26,519 nt of DNA from Alphaproteobacteria bacterium (GCA_024279735.1 JAJRRF010000087.1:1-26519), one strand, 5' to 3'; counted from the first letter of the stretch, positions 1 to 9,195 are shown. A program made the numbers and translations. Notes: a model not told the origin generated them from the sequence alone.

Positions 1-68
1 CGCGCTTCAAAAGCAGGTAAATCTTTCGGAAAATCTTCCCAAAGCTCTCTCTTATGGTCTTCTGTCAT
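1..68 (-). CDS. hypothetical protein, N-terminal fragment (MTEDHKRELWEDFPKDLPAFEAR...). The gene continues beyond the window start.
   Basis: Minus-strand ATG at about 66-68 is preceded by GGGAG about 9 nt upstream. The frame stays open to the window edge. It is too short for the ORF track and has no recognisable family. Confidence 0.3.
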   Translation of the reverse strand, partial: MTEDHKRELWEDFPKDLPAFEA

Positions 69-357
69 GTCATATTCTCCCTAAACTATTAACAACAGAG
101 AATACAATGAATATGAGCCTTAATTAAGGGGATAGGTATGAGCTGTTCCACTGTGAGTGCTTGAACGCTTCGGCGCGATGGTATGAGTAGGAAGATGGGA
201 CACTTTAATTTTGTACCATGCGTGACAGGGGATACCGATTTTACCTAGCGTTTATGATGGCAGTGTAGGCAGGGCGTTACAGAAGTTTTGTGACTCCATG
301 CCAAAACTGTCAGAGTAACAACAGGGACTGTCTTAACCTGTCACCCGTATAGCTTTA

Positions 358-385
358 TTGGAAAAGTCCCTGGCGACCTTATGCT
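358..385 (+). promoter_or_regulatory. candidate sigma70-like promoter (TTGGAA-16-TATGCT) upstream of the SPFH gene
   Basis: Hexamer spacing read directly from the sequence, about 45 nt upstream of ATG 428. Confidence 0.25.
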
Positions 386-427
386 TCCCTGTCAGTTTCA
401 TTAATCATTGTAGAGAGCCTGAATATT

Positions 428-2008
428 ATGCCAGAAATTCAAAAAAATCTCGATGTTTTCAAGTCTGTTATCATTAAAGAAAATGAGATTGGCCTACTGA
501 TGGAAAATGGTCAGTTTAAAAAAATATTGCAGCCTGGAAAATACACGTTCTGGAGTTTGAGGGCAGAACGCAAGGTTCATATTTTAGATACATTTTCAAC
601 AGAACTCGCAGAGTTTTGGGCTGTGATCTTGCTCAAAAAGAGGCCTGCTGAGGCTGCGAAATTGTTTGAGGTGGTTGAGACAGGGGCAGACCAAATTGCC
701 TTGCTCTATCAGGATAACAAACCAGTCATGTTACTCAAGCCCTGGCAAAAAAAATATTTCTGGAAGATGCGCCACACGATTGATGTGGAATATATTTCCA
801 TCCAGACAGGTAAGGTTCTGTCTGAAGAGTACCGTACTGTCATGGAACAAATAAGACCTGAAAGCATGGTTGTCTCCCAGACAATAGGAGCTTCCCATAT
901 TGGATTGATGTATATTGATGACCAGTTTGACAGGGTGCTGTATCCTGGTGTCTATAGCTTTTGGAAGAATGAGGGGAAAATCTCATTTGAGCGTTATGAC
1001 TGTCTTAACAGAGCCAGCAATGGATTGCTTGAAAAACAGGCCAAGGAATTATTGGCTCATGCCCCAGACGAAGCCGACAAGCTGCTAGAAGTTGTCACTA
1101 CAAAAGAAAGCCAAGTGGCTGTTGTCTCTTGGGATGAGAAGCCCTTTTTAGTATTGAAACCGTGGCAGACCAAATATTATTTCAAAAAGCTTTCTAATGT
1201 CCATGTTGACTATATTACCATTGCCACAGGTCAAGAAGTGCCCAAGGAGTATCGCGCTGTTTTGGAAAAGCTCGATACAGGCCAGTTGGTACAGTCTTTG
1301 ACAATAGCGCATTTCCACACTGGTCTGATGTTTGTCGATGGCAAACTGGTGCGGGAACTGAAGCCCGGGGCCTATAGCTTTTGGCAAAATGAGGGGCAGG
1401 TTGCCTTCCAGATCATTGATTTGCGGCCACAGCAGCTTGAGGTTACAGCCCAGGAAATTTTGACCAAGGACAAGATTTCCCTGCGTGTCACCCTGTCTGC
1501 CTTTATGACGGTGCGGGATGCCTGCAAGACAGTAGAATCCTCTGTTGACCATAACGAGCATCTTTACCGCCTGGTTCAGTTTGCTGTGCGTGAGGCTGTG
1601 GGCAACCGTAGCCTGGATGAGGTCTTGGGCAGCCGCGAAAAGGTTGACAGCCAGATCGTGAATCATGTCCGTGAACATATGGGTGATATTGGTATCAGCT
1701 TGGAGGGGCTGGGCATTAAGGACATTATCCTACCTGGTGAGATGCGTGACATGCTCAACAAGGTGGTGATGGCCGAAAAGACTGCCCAGGCCAATTTGAT
1801 CCGCCGCCGCGAGGAAACAGCAGCAACTCGGTCCTTGCTCAATACTGCCAAGTTGATGGACGGCAGCCCGACCCTGATGCGGCTGAAGGAGCTGGAAACT
1901 CTGGAAAAGCTGACCGAAAAGGTTGGCCGCATCGACCTTCACGCAGGCGACAAGGGCGGCCTGGACGCGCTACTCTCTGGGTTGCTGAAAAGTGAGAAGA
2001 GTGAGTAG
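428..2008 (+). CDS. SPFH/band-7 (stomatin/flotillin-like) domain protein with triplicated N-terminal repeat region and C-terminal coiled coil. It has no predicted TM segment.
   Basis: The C-terminal about 180 aa (LRVTLSAFMTVRD...LGIKDIILPGEMRDMLNKVVMAEKTAQANLIRRREETAA...) matches the SPFH core. The N-terminal beta-hairpin motif PGxYxFW recurs at residues about 36, 173 and 313. Confidence 0.85.
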   Translation: MPEIQKNLDVFKSVIIKENEIGLLMENGQFKKILQPGKYTFWSLRAERKVHILDTFSTELAEFWAVILLKKRPAEAAKLFEVVETGADQIALLYQDNKPVMLLKPWQKKYFWKMRHTIDVEYISIQTGKVLSEEYRTVMEQIRPESMVVSQTIGASHIGLMYIDDQFDRVLYPGVYSFWKNEGKISFERYDCLNRASNGLLEKQAKELLAHAPDEADKLLEVVTTKESQVAVVSWDEKPFLVLKPWQTKYYFKKLSNVHVDYITIATGQEVPKEYRAVLEKLDTGQLVQSLTIAHFHTGLMFVDGKLVRELKPGAYSFWQNEGQVAFQIIDLRPQQLEVTAQEILTKDKISLRVTLSAFMTVRDACKTVESSVDHNEHLYRLVQFAVREAVGNRSLDEVLGSREKVDSQIVNHVREHMGDIGISLEGLGIKDIILPGEMRDMLNKVVMAEKTAQANLIRRREETAATRSLLNTAKLMDGSPTLMRLKELETLEKLTEKVGRIDLHAGDKGGLDALLSGLLKSEKSE

Positions 2009-2017
2009 GGGCTAACC

Positions 2018-2048
2018 ACTGTCATCCCGAAGAAATGCGGGATGATAG
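2018..2048. repeat. REP-like hairpin GTCATCCCG-aagaaat-GCGGGATGA, terminator-like, directly after the SPFH stop
   Basis: Stem of 8/9 bp with a 7-nt loop. The same motif recurs at 20205-20237 and inverted at 20318-20352. Confidence 0.5.
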
Positions 2049-2081
2049 TAATGGGGGCATTAGGCTTGCTTTAAAGTTGCA

Positions 2082-2188
2082 CTAGAGCATAGTGCGAGCA
2101 AATCGAATCGACTTAACTGGTTAAAGTATGTGACCAATTAAGAATCTAGGGCAACCTCTTGACCATGTTTAAATGCAGGTTGCTCTAG
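2082..2188. repeat. MITE-like dispersed repeat, copy A (about 107 bp), with terminal inverted repeats CTAGAGCA...TGCTCTAG
   Basis: Shares GCATAGTGCGAGCAAATCG at the 5' end and GCAGGTTGCTCTAG at the 3' end with copies at 14024-14126 and 24679-24784. Confidence 0.7.
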
Positions 2189-2221
2189 ACCAGTTGGTCT
2201 AATTGTTGTATAGCTTGCCAA

Positions 2222-3151
2222 ATGCAAACAATACTCTCAATCAAGAACCTGACCAAGACTTATGGTGAGGACTTTACTGCCCTGAACGATGTATCCCTTG
2301 AGATCAGGAAGGGCGAAATCTTTGCCCTGCTTGGGCCAAACGGGGCAGGTAAGACCACCTTAATCAGCACGATTTGCGGTATTGTCAATCCAAGTGGCGG
2401 CACTGTTACGGTGGATGGCCATGACATTATCACAAACTACCGCGCTGCCCGCGCCATGATTGGTCTTGTGCCGCAAGAACTCACGACTGACAGTTTTGAA
2501 ACGGTCTGGGATACGGTCAGTTTTACACGCGGCCTGTTTGGCAAAAAGCGTGATAACGCGCTGGTCAGCAAGATTTTAAAAGACCTCTCGCTGTATGACA
2601 AGAAAGACAACAAGATCATGACGCTGTCTGGCGGCATGAAACGCCGCGTCCTGATTGCCAAGGCCCTGTCGCATGAACCAAGGATATTATTCCTGGATGA
2701 GCCGACAGCCGGGGTGGATGTCGAGCTGCGCAAGGACATGTGGGCGGTGGTGCGCGGCTTGCAGCAAAGCGGGGTGACCATCATCCTGACCACCCACTAT
2801 ATTGAGGAAGCCGAGGAAATGGCTGACCGAGTGGGCATTATCAGCAAGGGCGAGATTATCCTGGTGGAGGACAAGGCCACCCTGATGGCCAAGCTGGGCA
2901 AGAAGCATTTGACGCTGGAACTGTGTGAAAAGCTGGAGACTGTTCCAGACACCCTGAAAGGCTATGACCTGTCCCTGTCAGACGACGGTTTTTCGCTGGT
3001 TTACCAATATGATAGCACTGGCAAGACGACTGGTATTACTGGCCTGCTCGACAAGCTAAAGGGCGAAAACATCGCCTTCCGCGACCTCAGCACAGGCCAA
3101 CGTTCCCTGGAAGATATTTTTGTGGGGCTGGTGAAGGGGGGAGAGGGATGA
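2222..3151 (+). CDS. yadG: ABC transporter ATP-binding protein, ABC-2 exporter type (YadG-like)
   Basis: Walker [12 protein letters not shown], signature LSGGMKRRV, Walker [13 protein letters not shown] and H-loop TTHY are all present. The overall layout matches E. coli YadG. Confidence 0.9.
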   Translation: MQTILSIKNLTKTYGEDFTALNDVSLEIRKGEIFALLGPNGAGKTTLISTICGIVNPSGGTVTVDGHDIITNYRAARAMIGLVPQELTTDSFETVWDTVSFTRGLFGKKRDNALVSKILKDLSLYDKKDNKIMTLSGGMKRRVLIAKALSHEPRILFLDEPTAGVDVELRKDMWAVVRGLQQSGVTIILTTHYIEEAEEMADRVGIISKGEIILVEDKATLMAKLGKKHLTLELCEKLETVPDTLKGYDLSLSDDGFSLVYQYDSTGKTTGITGLLDKLKGENIAFRDLSTGQRSLEDIFVGLVKGGEG

Positions 3152-3435
3152 CAGGCCAGAAAACGGCTGAACTCATCAAGGTTGTGGATGAAATGACTGT
3201 TTTGCTGAAACAGCATAGTGAAGAAAACTGGGTAAGCTGGATGGGGCAGGTCTCTGCCCGCCTTAAAAATTCGGACTATTCAGGAATAGAAAAGCTGCTG
3301 GGGGCGTATGGCGGCATGGGGTCTTTTAATGATTTCGTGTTGATTGCGAAGCCCTCAGCCAATGAACAGCTCAATGTCTTGAGGCATAAGGCTTGGCAAC
3401 TGGCGACTGATATAAAGCGGGATTATACTGGTTGA
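3148..3435 (+). CDS. small hypothetical protein (95 aa) inserted between the ABC ATPase and permease genes
   Basis: ATGA start/stop overlap with yadG. A strong SD GGGGGAGAGGG lies 5-8 nt upstream. No recognisable domain. Confidence 0.55.
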   Translation: MTGQKTAELIKVVDEMTVLLKQHSEENWVSWMGQVSARLKNSDYSGIEKLLGAYGGMGSFNDFVLIAKPSANEQLNVLRHKAWQLATDIKRDYTG

Positions 3436-3455
3436 CATAAATAAAGGCCTTTCTT

Positions 3456-3548
3456 GTCGGTCGACTGCTCTGTAGTTGACTGGAACGTTTTGACACTCAA
3501 GGTTGTTGGGCAGTAACGTTCCAGTTAAGGACAGAGCTCTTAACCGAC
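3456..3548. repeat. 93-bp compound inverted repeat (stems 6+7+10 bp: GTCGGT/ACCGAC, GCTCTGT/ACAGAGC, CTGGAACGTT/AACGTTCCAG) in the yadG-yadH intergenic region
   Basis: Complementarity read directly. Internal TTGAC motifs occur at about 3476 and 3490. Confidence 0.6.
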
Positions 3549-3794
3549 ATGTGGCGACAGGGATTTGGAGAAGCAGAATAATGCGAGGCTATGTCAATAT
3601 TCTCCAAAATTCACTATAACCCCCCATACTTTCCATCGTCATCATCGGGCTTGTCCCGCTGTTCCATGTCTTAAGTTTTGGTCTTGATACAAAGGCTGGT
3701 TATTGTGCTTTACAGTTTAAAAGATGGATAGTTGGAACAAGTCCAACTATGATGTGTGATGAGAAAATTAGGGGCAGGACGGAAAAGGCAAAAT

Positions 3795-4580
3795 ATGAAA
3801 AAATTCAACATGCAGTCTCTTAATATCAGAGGTGTAAAGGCGATTTACCTGTTTGAAATGGCGCGGCTGCGGCGTACCCTGTTCCAGTCGATTGCCTCGC
3901 CTGTGATCTCGACGCTGCTTTATTTTGTGGTGTTTGGCTCGGCGATTGGCTCGCGCATTGAACAGGTGGACGGCATTACCTACGCCCAGTTTATTGTGCC
4001 TGGCCTGCTGATGCTCTCGCTGCTGACCCACAGCACCTCAAATGCCTCGTTCGGGATCTATTTCCCAAAGTTTACAGGGACAATCTATGAGGTTTTGTCC
4101 GCGCCGATTTCTTATTTGGAAATTGTGATGGGATATGTTGGGGCAGCGGCCAGCAAGTCGATTATATTGGGCGTGATTATCCTGGTCACGTCTGCCTTTT
4201 TTGTTGACCTGCAAATAGCGCACCCGTTCTGGATGGTGTTCTTTCTGCTGATGACCTCCATCACCTTTGCCCTGCTTGGATTTATCATTGGTATCTGGGC
4301 GGACAATTTTGAGAAACTCCAGGTGATACCGTTATTGGTGATTACCCCGCTGACCTTTCTTGGTGGCACCTTCTATTCGCTCGACATGCTACCCCCGTTC
4401 TGGCAGACGGTTTCCCTGTTCAATCCTGTGGTCTACCTGATATCGGGTTTTCGCTGGAGTTTTTATGAGATGGCAGATGTCAATATTTCAGTTTCCGTCT
4501 TCATGATCTTCTTTTTCCTGTTTTCCTGCCTGGGCGTGGTATGGTGGATTTTCAGGACAGGCTATAATATCAAGCAGTAG
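3795..4580 (+). CDS. yadH: ABC-2 family transporter permease (YadH-like). Alignment to E. coli YadH suggests the true start is the ATG at 3810 ([10 protein letters not shown]...).
   Basis: Six predicted TM helices. The conserved motifs [21 protein letters not shown] and [11 protein letters not shown] match the YadH family. Confidence 0.85.
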   Translation: MKKFNMQSLNIRGVKAIYLFEMARLRRTLFQSIASPVISTLLYFVVFGSAIGSRIEQVDGITYAQFIVPGLLMLSLLTHSTSNASFGIYFPKFTGTIYEVLSAPISYLEIVMGYVGAAASKSIILGVIILVTSAFFVDLQIAHPFWMVFFLLMTSITFALLGFIIGIWADNFEKLQVIPLLVITPLTFLGGTFYSLDMLPPFWQTVSLFNPVVYLISGFRWSFYEMADVNISVSVFMIFFFLFSCLGVVWWIFRTGYNIKQ

Positions 4581-4588
4581 GAGGAAAA

Positions 4589-5173
4589 ATGGCTGATTAT
4601 CCCCAATATAGCCTTTGTATTGAAGGTGTGGGATTGCCTTTGGAATGTGTGGAAGTCTTTCTGAAGGCAGAAAATGGGAAAGAAATAACAAGAAATGATA
4701 TGAGGGGGTTTCCTGAGGAGCTTGTGGGTTTTATGGATATCCTAAATGCCAAACTGTTAGACCCAAACTATGTAACCAATAAATTTTTTACAACATCTGT
4801 TTGGGATGGGGAAAAAACAATTGATCAGGGTTTTCATTATCGTTTGATGGGGCGATTTCGGGATATGAATATCGTGATTTTGCAAGCGTTTTTAGCTTGG
4901 GTTTGTCAGTTCAGTGTTAAGAATTCAATGTTGGGAACTATTTTTCAGGAAGGTAGTCTCTCTCCCACTTTAATAATGTCTATAGAGAAAAGGGTTGTCG
5001 AAATATCCTTTGTAGAGCATGAATATCCCCCTAAATTGGAAAAGAGTTGTTGTAATCCTGAGTTCTTGGCATCTGTGATTGATTGGGAGAAAGGGTGGGG
5101 TGAAGTGGAGGTGGGACTGACTGGGAAATCCCTATATTTGAATTACCTTTCTTGGGATGAGATAGTAAAATAA
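4589..5173 (+). CDS. hypothetical protein (194 aa), compositionally AT-richer than neighbours
   Basis: Strong SD AGGAGG 7 nt upstream, 9 nt after the yadH stop. No recognisable family. Confidence 0.6.
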   Translation: MADYPQYSLCIEGVGLPLECVEVFLKAENGKEITRNDMRGFPEELVGFMDILNAKLLDPNYVTNKFFTTSVWDGEKTIDQGFHYRLMGRFRDMNIVILQAFLAWVCQFSVKNSMLGTIFQEGSLSPTLIMSIEKRVVEISFVEHEYPPKLEKSCCNPEFLASVIDWEKGWGEVEVGLTGKSLYLNYLSWDEIVK

Positions 5174-5186
5174 GGGGGAAACAAAA

Positions 5187-5612
5187 ATGTCTGATTGTTG
5201 TGGCGGCGGCAATGCGCAGAAAACTGAACACAATGCACCAACCAAGCGCGCTTGTCCCTCTTGCGGCAAGGATGGCCTTACAGTTCCCTTTGCCACTATG
5301 CTTCATCACCTGAAAACGCCGTGGGCAAACCTGGCCAAGGATCAGCCATATTATTTTTGTGATGATCTGGAGTGTGAAACAGTCTATTTTGGCAGTGACG
5401 GTACTGCGATTGCCAAAGAGGAACTGCGCACGAAAATGCTGGTCAAGGGCGATGCGGATGGCCTCGCCTGTTTCTGTTATGGGGTGAGCGCGGAAGATGC
5501 GGCCGACCCTGCCGTCAAGGCCTTCATTATGGCACAGACCAAGGCCAAGAACTGTGCCTGTGACCGCCGCAACCCGTCAGGCCGCTGTTGCCTGAAATAT
5601 TTCCCGAAGTAG
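5187..5612 (+). CDS. cysteine-rich (14 Cys in 141 aa) putative metal-binding protein with an N-terminal CxxC...CxxxxC zinc-ribbon-like motif and a C-terminal CxC...CxC...CC cluster
   Basis: SD GGGGGA 8 nt upstream. Cys spacing read from the translation. There is no signal peptide. Confidence 0.6.
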   Translation: MSDCCGGGNAQKTEHNAPTKRACPSCGKDGLTVPFATMLHHLKTPWANLAKDQPYYFCDDLECETVYFGSDGTAIAKEELRTKMLVKGDADGLACFCYGVSAEDAADPAVKAFIMAQTKAKNCACDRRNPSGRCCLKYFPK

Positions 5613-5619
5613 CTGTAAT

Positions 5620-5630
5620 CCCCCCCCCCC
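5620..5630. repeat. homopolymeric C11 tract in the convergent intergenic region
   Basis: Read directly from the sequence (aatcCCCCCCCCCCCatttt). Confidence 0.9.
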
Positions 5631-5669
5631 ATTTTAGAGGAAGGCACTTAAAACAAAGGCGGTAAGCCA

Positions 5670-8600
5670 CTAGCTTTTAGGTAGCGGTTGCTGCGGCTGT
5701 TGGGGTGGCACTGGTTCTGGTTTTTTGTAGCCAAAGGGCTTGCCGTCATCACGCAGCACCACATAGATGGCAGGGATAATCAGCACAGTCAGCAAGGTCG
5801 AGGAGATCAGGCCAAACAGCAGTGAGATGGCCAGCCCCTGGAAAATGGGGTCTGTCAGGATGACCACAGCCCCGATCATGGCCGCGACAGCAGTGAGCAG
5901 GATAGGCTTGAAGCGCACCGCGCCAGCCTCTACAACGGTATCACGCAGCGACTTGTCATCGCTTTGGTTATGGCGGATAAAGTCCACCAACAGGATAGAG
6001 TTCCGTACGATAATACCCGCCAACGCAATAAAGCCAATCATGGAGGTGGCGGAGAACGGCGCGCCAAACAACCAGTGTCCATACATGATCCCGATCAGGG
6101 TCAGCGGGACGGGAGTCAGGATCACAAGCGGCAGCTTGAAAGAGCCAAACTGGACAACCACCAGAAAATAAATCCCAAGCAGGGCGACCATGAAGGCCGC
6201 GCCCATATCGCGGAAGGTAACATAGGTCACTTCCCATTCGCCGTCCCAGAGCAGGACAGACTTGCTCTCGTCACTGGGTTGGCCATAATAGCTGATTTCA
6301 GGTTTGGGAAGGTTTTTCCAGTCATGGGCATCAATCGCCTTGGCGACAGCCATCATCCCGTAAATAGGGGCTTCAAACTGTCCCGCCAGTTCAGCCATCA
6401 ACATTTCTGCGTTATGGCCATTATGGCGGAAGATGGGGTAGGAGCTGGTTTCTTTATGCAGTTTGACAATATCACCAAGCTCTACAACTGTTCTTTTTTG
6501 TCCCGGACTGCCTGAAGGTATCTGAGCCATCCGCCGGGAGGGGACAGGGGTTGTCAGGGTACGGCCAGAGACTGAAAGGTCTTTATTGGACATCTTTACA
6601 GCTATCTCTACAGGATGGCGACCTTCGCCTTTATGGGAATAGCCAATACGCACGCCATGAAGATAGGTCTGAACAGTATTGAAGACATCAGCCTCTGAAA
6701 CCTGGTGAAATTCCAGGTTATTCTGGTCAATGGTGAAGCGCAGGCGTTGGGCAGGCGTGCCAAAACTGTCATCCGTATCGACAATAAAGGGGATCTTCTC
6801 AAAGATGCCGCGCAATTCATTGGTGACTGCGCGTCTTGTCTTTGCATCCGGGCCATAAATTTCAGCCAGCAGGGTGGCCATGACGGGTGGCCCGGGGGGA
6901 ACCTCGACAACCTTGAGGGAGCCGCCCTTGGCAATATCCATGCCCTTCAGCAGTTTGCGGGCTTCCAGGGCAATTTGGTGGCTGGTGCGGCTGCGGTGAT
7001 GCTTGGCCGTCAGGTTGATTTTCAGGTCGCCCATTTCCGGCTGGTTACGCAGGTAATAATGGCGCACCAGGCCGTTAAAGTTAAACGGTGCGGCTGTGCC
7101 AGCATAGGACTGGATAGAGAGCAGTTCTGGGATGTTTTTCAGCCTGTCAGCAGCCATGCTCAGGACGCGGTCGGTCTCTTCCATCGTTGAGCCTTCAGGT
7201 AGGTCAAGCACAACCTGGAACTCTGACTTGTTGTCAAACGGCAGCAGTTTGACGGTGACCATATTGAAATAGAACAGGGTCAGTGAGGCAAGGGTGGCTG
7301 CACCCGTCAATAATAGGAAAAGCCAGCTGAAAAAACGATATTTCAGGATAGGGCGGGCGACAGCAGCATAGGCTCTTCCGAGTATGCCGCCATCCTTTTT
7401 CTCAACATGATGCGCACCTTCTTTTGGCCTGGCAAAACGGATCATCAGCCAAGGGGTCAGGATCATGGCGACAAAAAAGGAAAAAATCATGGCAGCTGAG
7501 GCATTGGCAGGGATTGGGGACATATACGGCCCCATCAGGCCAGAGACAAACAGCATAGGCAACAGGGCAGTCACAACAGTCAGGGTGGCAATCACCGTTG
7601 GGTTGCCAACTTCAGCAACTGCTTCAATGGCGGCCTGCTTGTGCGAGCGGCCATCATCCATGCCCCAGTGTCGGGCAATATTTTCAATCACAACAATGGC
7701 ATCGTCCACCAATATCCCGATAGAGAAGATCAGCGCAAACAGCGACACTCTGTTAATGGTAAAGCCCATCATCCAGGAGGCGAACATGGTCAGCAGGATG
7801 GTGGTGGGTATCACAACCAAAACAACGCCGCCCTCGCGCCAGCCAATGACAAAGGCCACCAGGATAACAATAGATATAGTGGCAAGGCCAAGATGGAACA
7901 GTAGCTCATTGGCCTTTTCATTCGCAGTCTCGCCATAGTTACGGGTGACAACGACCTCCACCTCATCAGGGATCAGGCGGCCACGCAATAATTCAGTCTG
8001 TTTTAGGATTTTTTGGCCGATCTCAACCGCGTTTGCCCCAGCCCGTTTGGCAATGGCAATGGAAACAGCTGGCCTTTTCATAAATGTAGTGTTGTCTGTC
8101 TTGTCATGCCCTTCGGTGGCCGTATGGACTGCTTTATGCTGGCTCGCAGTGCCGCTATAGTGCCAGACATAGTTTTTGGAAGGCTCTGCGCCAACAACAA
8201 CATTGGCGACATCCCTGACATAAACAGGCTGTCCCCCACGTGTGGTGAGTAGCAAGAGGCCAATATCCTTGATGCCGCTCAGGGTCTGTCCTGCCAAAAC
8301 AGGGAGGCTCTTATTGTTGCTCCTGATGCGTCCAGCAGTAAAGGAGCGGTTGGCAGCTTTCAGTTTGCCAACAAGCTGGTCGAGGGTCACGCCATAAAGG
8401 GAAAGCCGTTCTGGATCTGGTTCAATCCTGATCTGATCCTTGCGACCACCAACCATATAGGACAGGCCGACATCCGGAAGTTTGGCAATCTCGACCAAAA
8501 GGTCGTTGGCAATATTATAGAGCTGGTTATCTGACCAGCGTTTCGCGGCGTGTGGTTTTGGTGTTAGGGTCAGGGTGACAATGGCAACATCATCAATGCC

Positions 8601-9020
8601 GCGCCCAACAATGAGCGGTGCAGGGATGCCTGTGGGCAGGCGGTTCATGTTTGCGCGAATTTTTTCATGGACGCGGGCTATCGCATCATCGGCATTGGTG
8701 CCAACCAGGAAACGAGCGGTCACCAGGACGTGGTTGTCAACCGTGTTACTGTAGACATGCTCAATCTGGTCAATTGCCTTGATAATGGTTTCCAGAGGCT
8801 CTGTGACCAGCTTGACAGCATCAATCGCCTTCAGACCATCCGTATTGATATGGATGTCTACCAAAGGCACTGAAATCTGCGGTTCTTCTTCACGCGGCAG
8901 GCTTTGCAGGGCAATAAACCCAATGATCAGGGCGGCAAACATGAGTAGGGGGGTAAGTGGGGAGCTGATAAAGGCCTTGGTCAGGTTGCCAGACAGTCCC
9001 AGTTCTACTTTGTTATTCAT
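5670..9020 (-). CDS. efflux RND transporter permease subunit (AcrB/AcrD/AcrF family), 1116 aa with a Pro/Gln-rich C-terminal tail
   Basis: Twelve-TM RND architecture with large periplasmic loops. Typical N-terminus and conserved TM4 region (ILVDDAIVVIENI). Confidence 0.92.
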   Translation of the reverse strand: MNNKVELGLSGNLTKAFISSPLTPLLMFAALIIGFIALQSLPREEEPQISVPLVDIHINTDGLKAIDAVKLVTEPLETIIKAIDQIEHVYSNTVDNHVLVTARFLVGTNADDAIARVHEKIRANMNRLPTGIPAPLIVGRGIDDVAIVTLTLTPKPHAAKRWSDNQLYNIANDLLVEIAKLPDVGLSYMVGGRKDQIRIEPDPERLSLYGVTLDQLVGKLKAANRSFTAGRIRSNNKSLPVLAGQTLSGIKDIGLLLLTTRGGQPVYVRDVANVVVGAEPSKNYVWHYSGTASQHKAVHTATEGHDKTDNTTFMKRPAVSIAIAKRAGANAVEIGQKILKQTELLRGRLIPDEVEVVVTRNYGETANEKANELLFHLGLATISIVILVAFVIGWREGGVVLVVIPTTILLTMFASWMMGFTINRVSLFALIFSIGILVDDAIVVIENIARHWGMDDGRSHKQAAIEAVAEVGNPTVIATLTVVTALLPMLFVSGLMGPYMSPIPANASAAMIFSFFVAMILTPWLMIRFARPKEGAHHVEKKDGGILGRAYAAVARPILKYRFFSWLFLLLTGAATLASLTLFYFNMVTVKLLPFDNKSEFQVVLDLPEGSTMEETDRVLSMAADRLKNIPELLSIQSYAGTAAPFNFNGLVRHYYLRNQPEMGDLKINLTAKHHRSRTSHQIALEARKLLKGMDIAKGGSLKVVEVPPGPPVMATLLAEIYGPDAKTRRAVTNELRGIFEKIPFIVDTDDSFGTPAQRLRFTIDQNNLEFHQVSEADVFNTVQTYLHGVRIGYSHKGEGRHPVEIAVKMSNKDLSVSGRTLTTPVPSRRMAQIPSGSPGQKRTVVELGDIVKLHKETSSYPIFRHNGHNAEMLMAELAGQFEAPIYGMMAVAKAIDAHDWKNLPKPEISYYGQPSDESKSVLLWDGEWEVTYVTFRDMGAAFMVALLGIYFLVVVQFGSFKLPLVILTPVPLTLIGIMYGHWLFGAPFSATSMIGFIALAGIIVRNSILLVDFIRHNQSDDKSLRDTVVEAGAVRFKPILLTAVAAMIGAVVILTDPIFQGLAISLLFGLISSTLLTVLIIPAIYVVLRDDGKPFGYKKPEPVPPQQPQQPLPKS

Positions 9021-9144
9021 TGAATTTCATAGCCCCCACTCTTTGAAATTACGACAGGTGATGTTGGTTTATCCCCTGATATCTTGATGAGGATATAGTA
9101 CAGGCCTGACTTTGCAACACTTAAACGGTTGAAGCAAAATAATA

Positions 9145-9195
9145 TTACCCCACCTACACAACAATGGAATCTTGCCAGGGTGCAATGTGGGGTAA
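9145..9195. repeat. perfect 9-bp inverted repeat TTACCCCAC-N33-GTGGGGTAA within the unusually long (378-bp) spacer between the MFP and RND genes
   Basis: Read directly from the sequence. Confidence 0.6.

Noticed and set aside
100-330. Short direct repeats GGTATGAG x2 and GGGGATA(G/C) upstream of the SPFH gene
   Set aside because: Too short and degenerate to distinguish from chance. No matching regulator context.
5964-8252. Multiple plus-strand ORFs (5964-6515, 6705-7190, 7465-7938, 7641-7904, 8013-8252) inside the RND gene
   Set aside because: They are antisense shadow frames of a long, well-supported RND CDS. They have low-complexity Gly/His/Arg-rich translations and no SDs.
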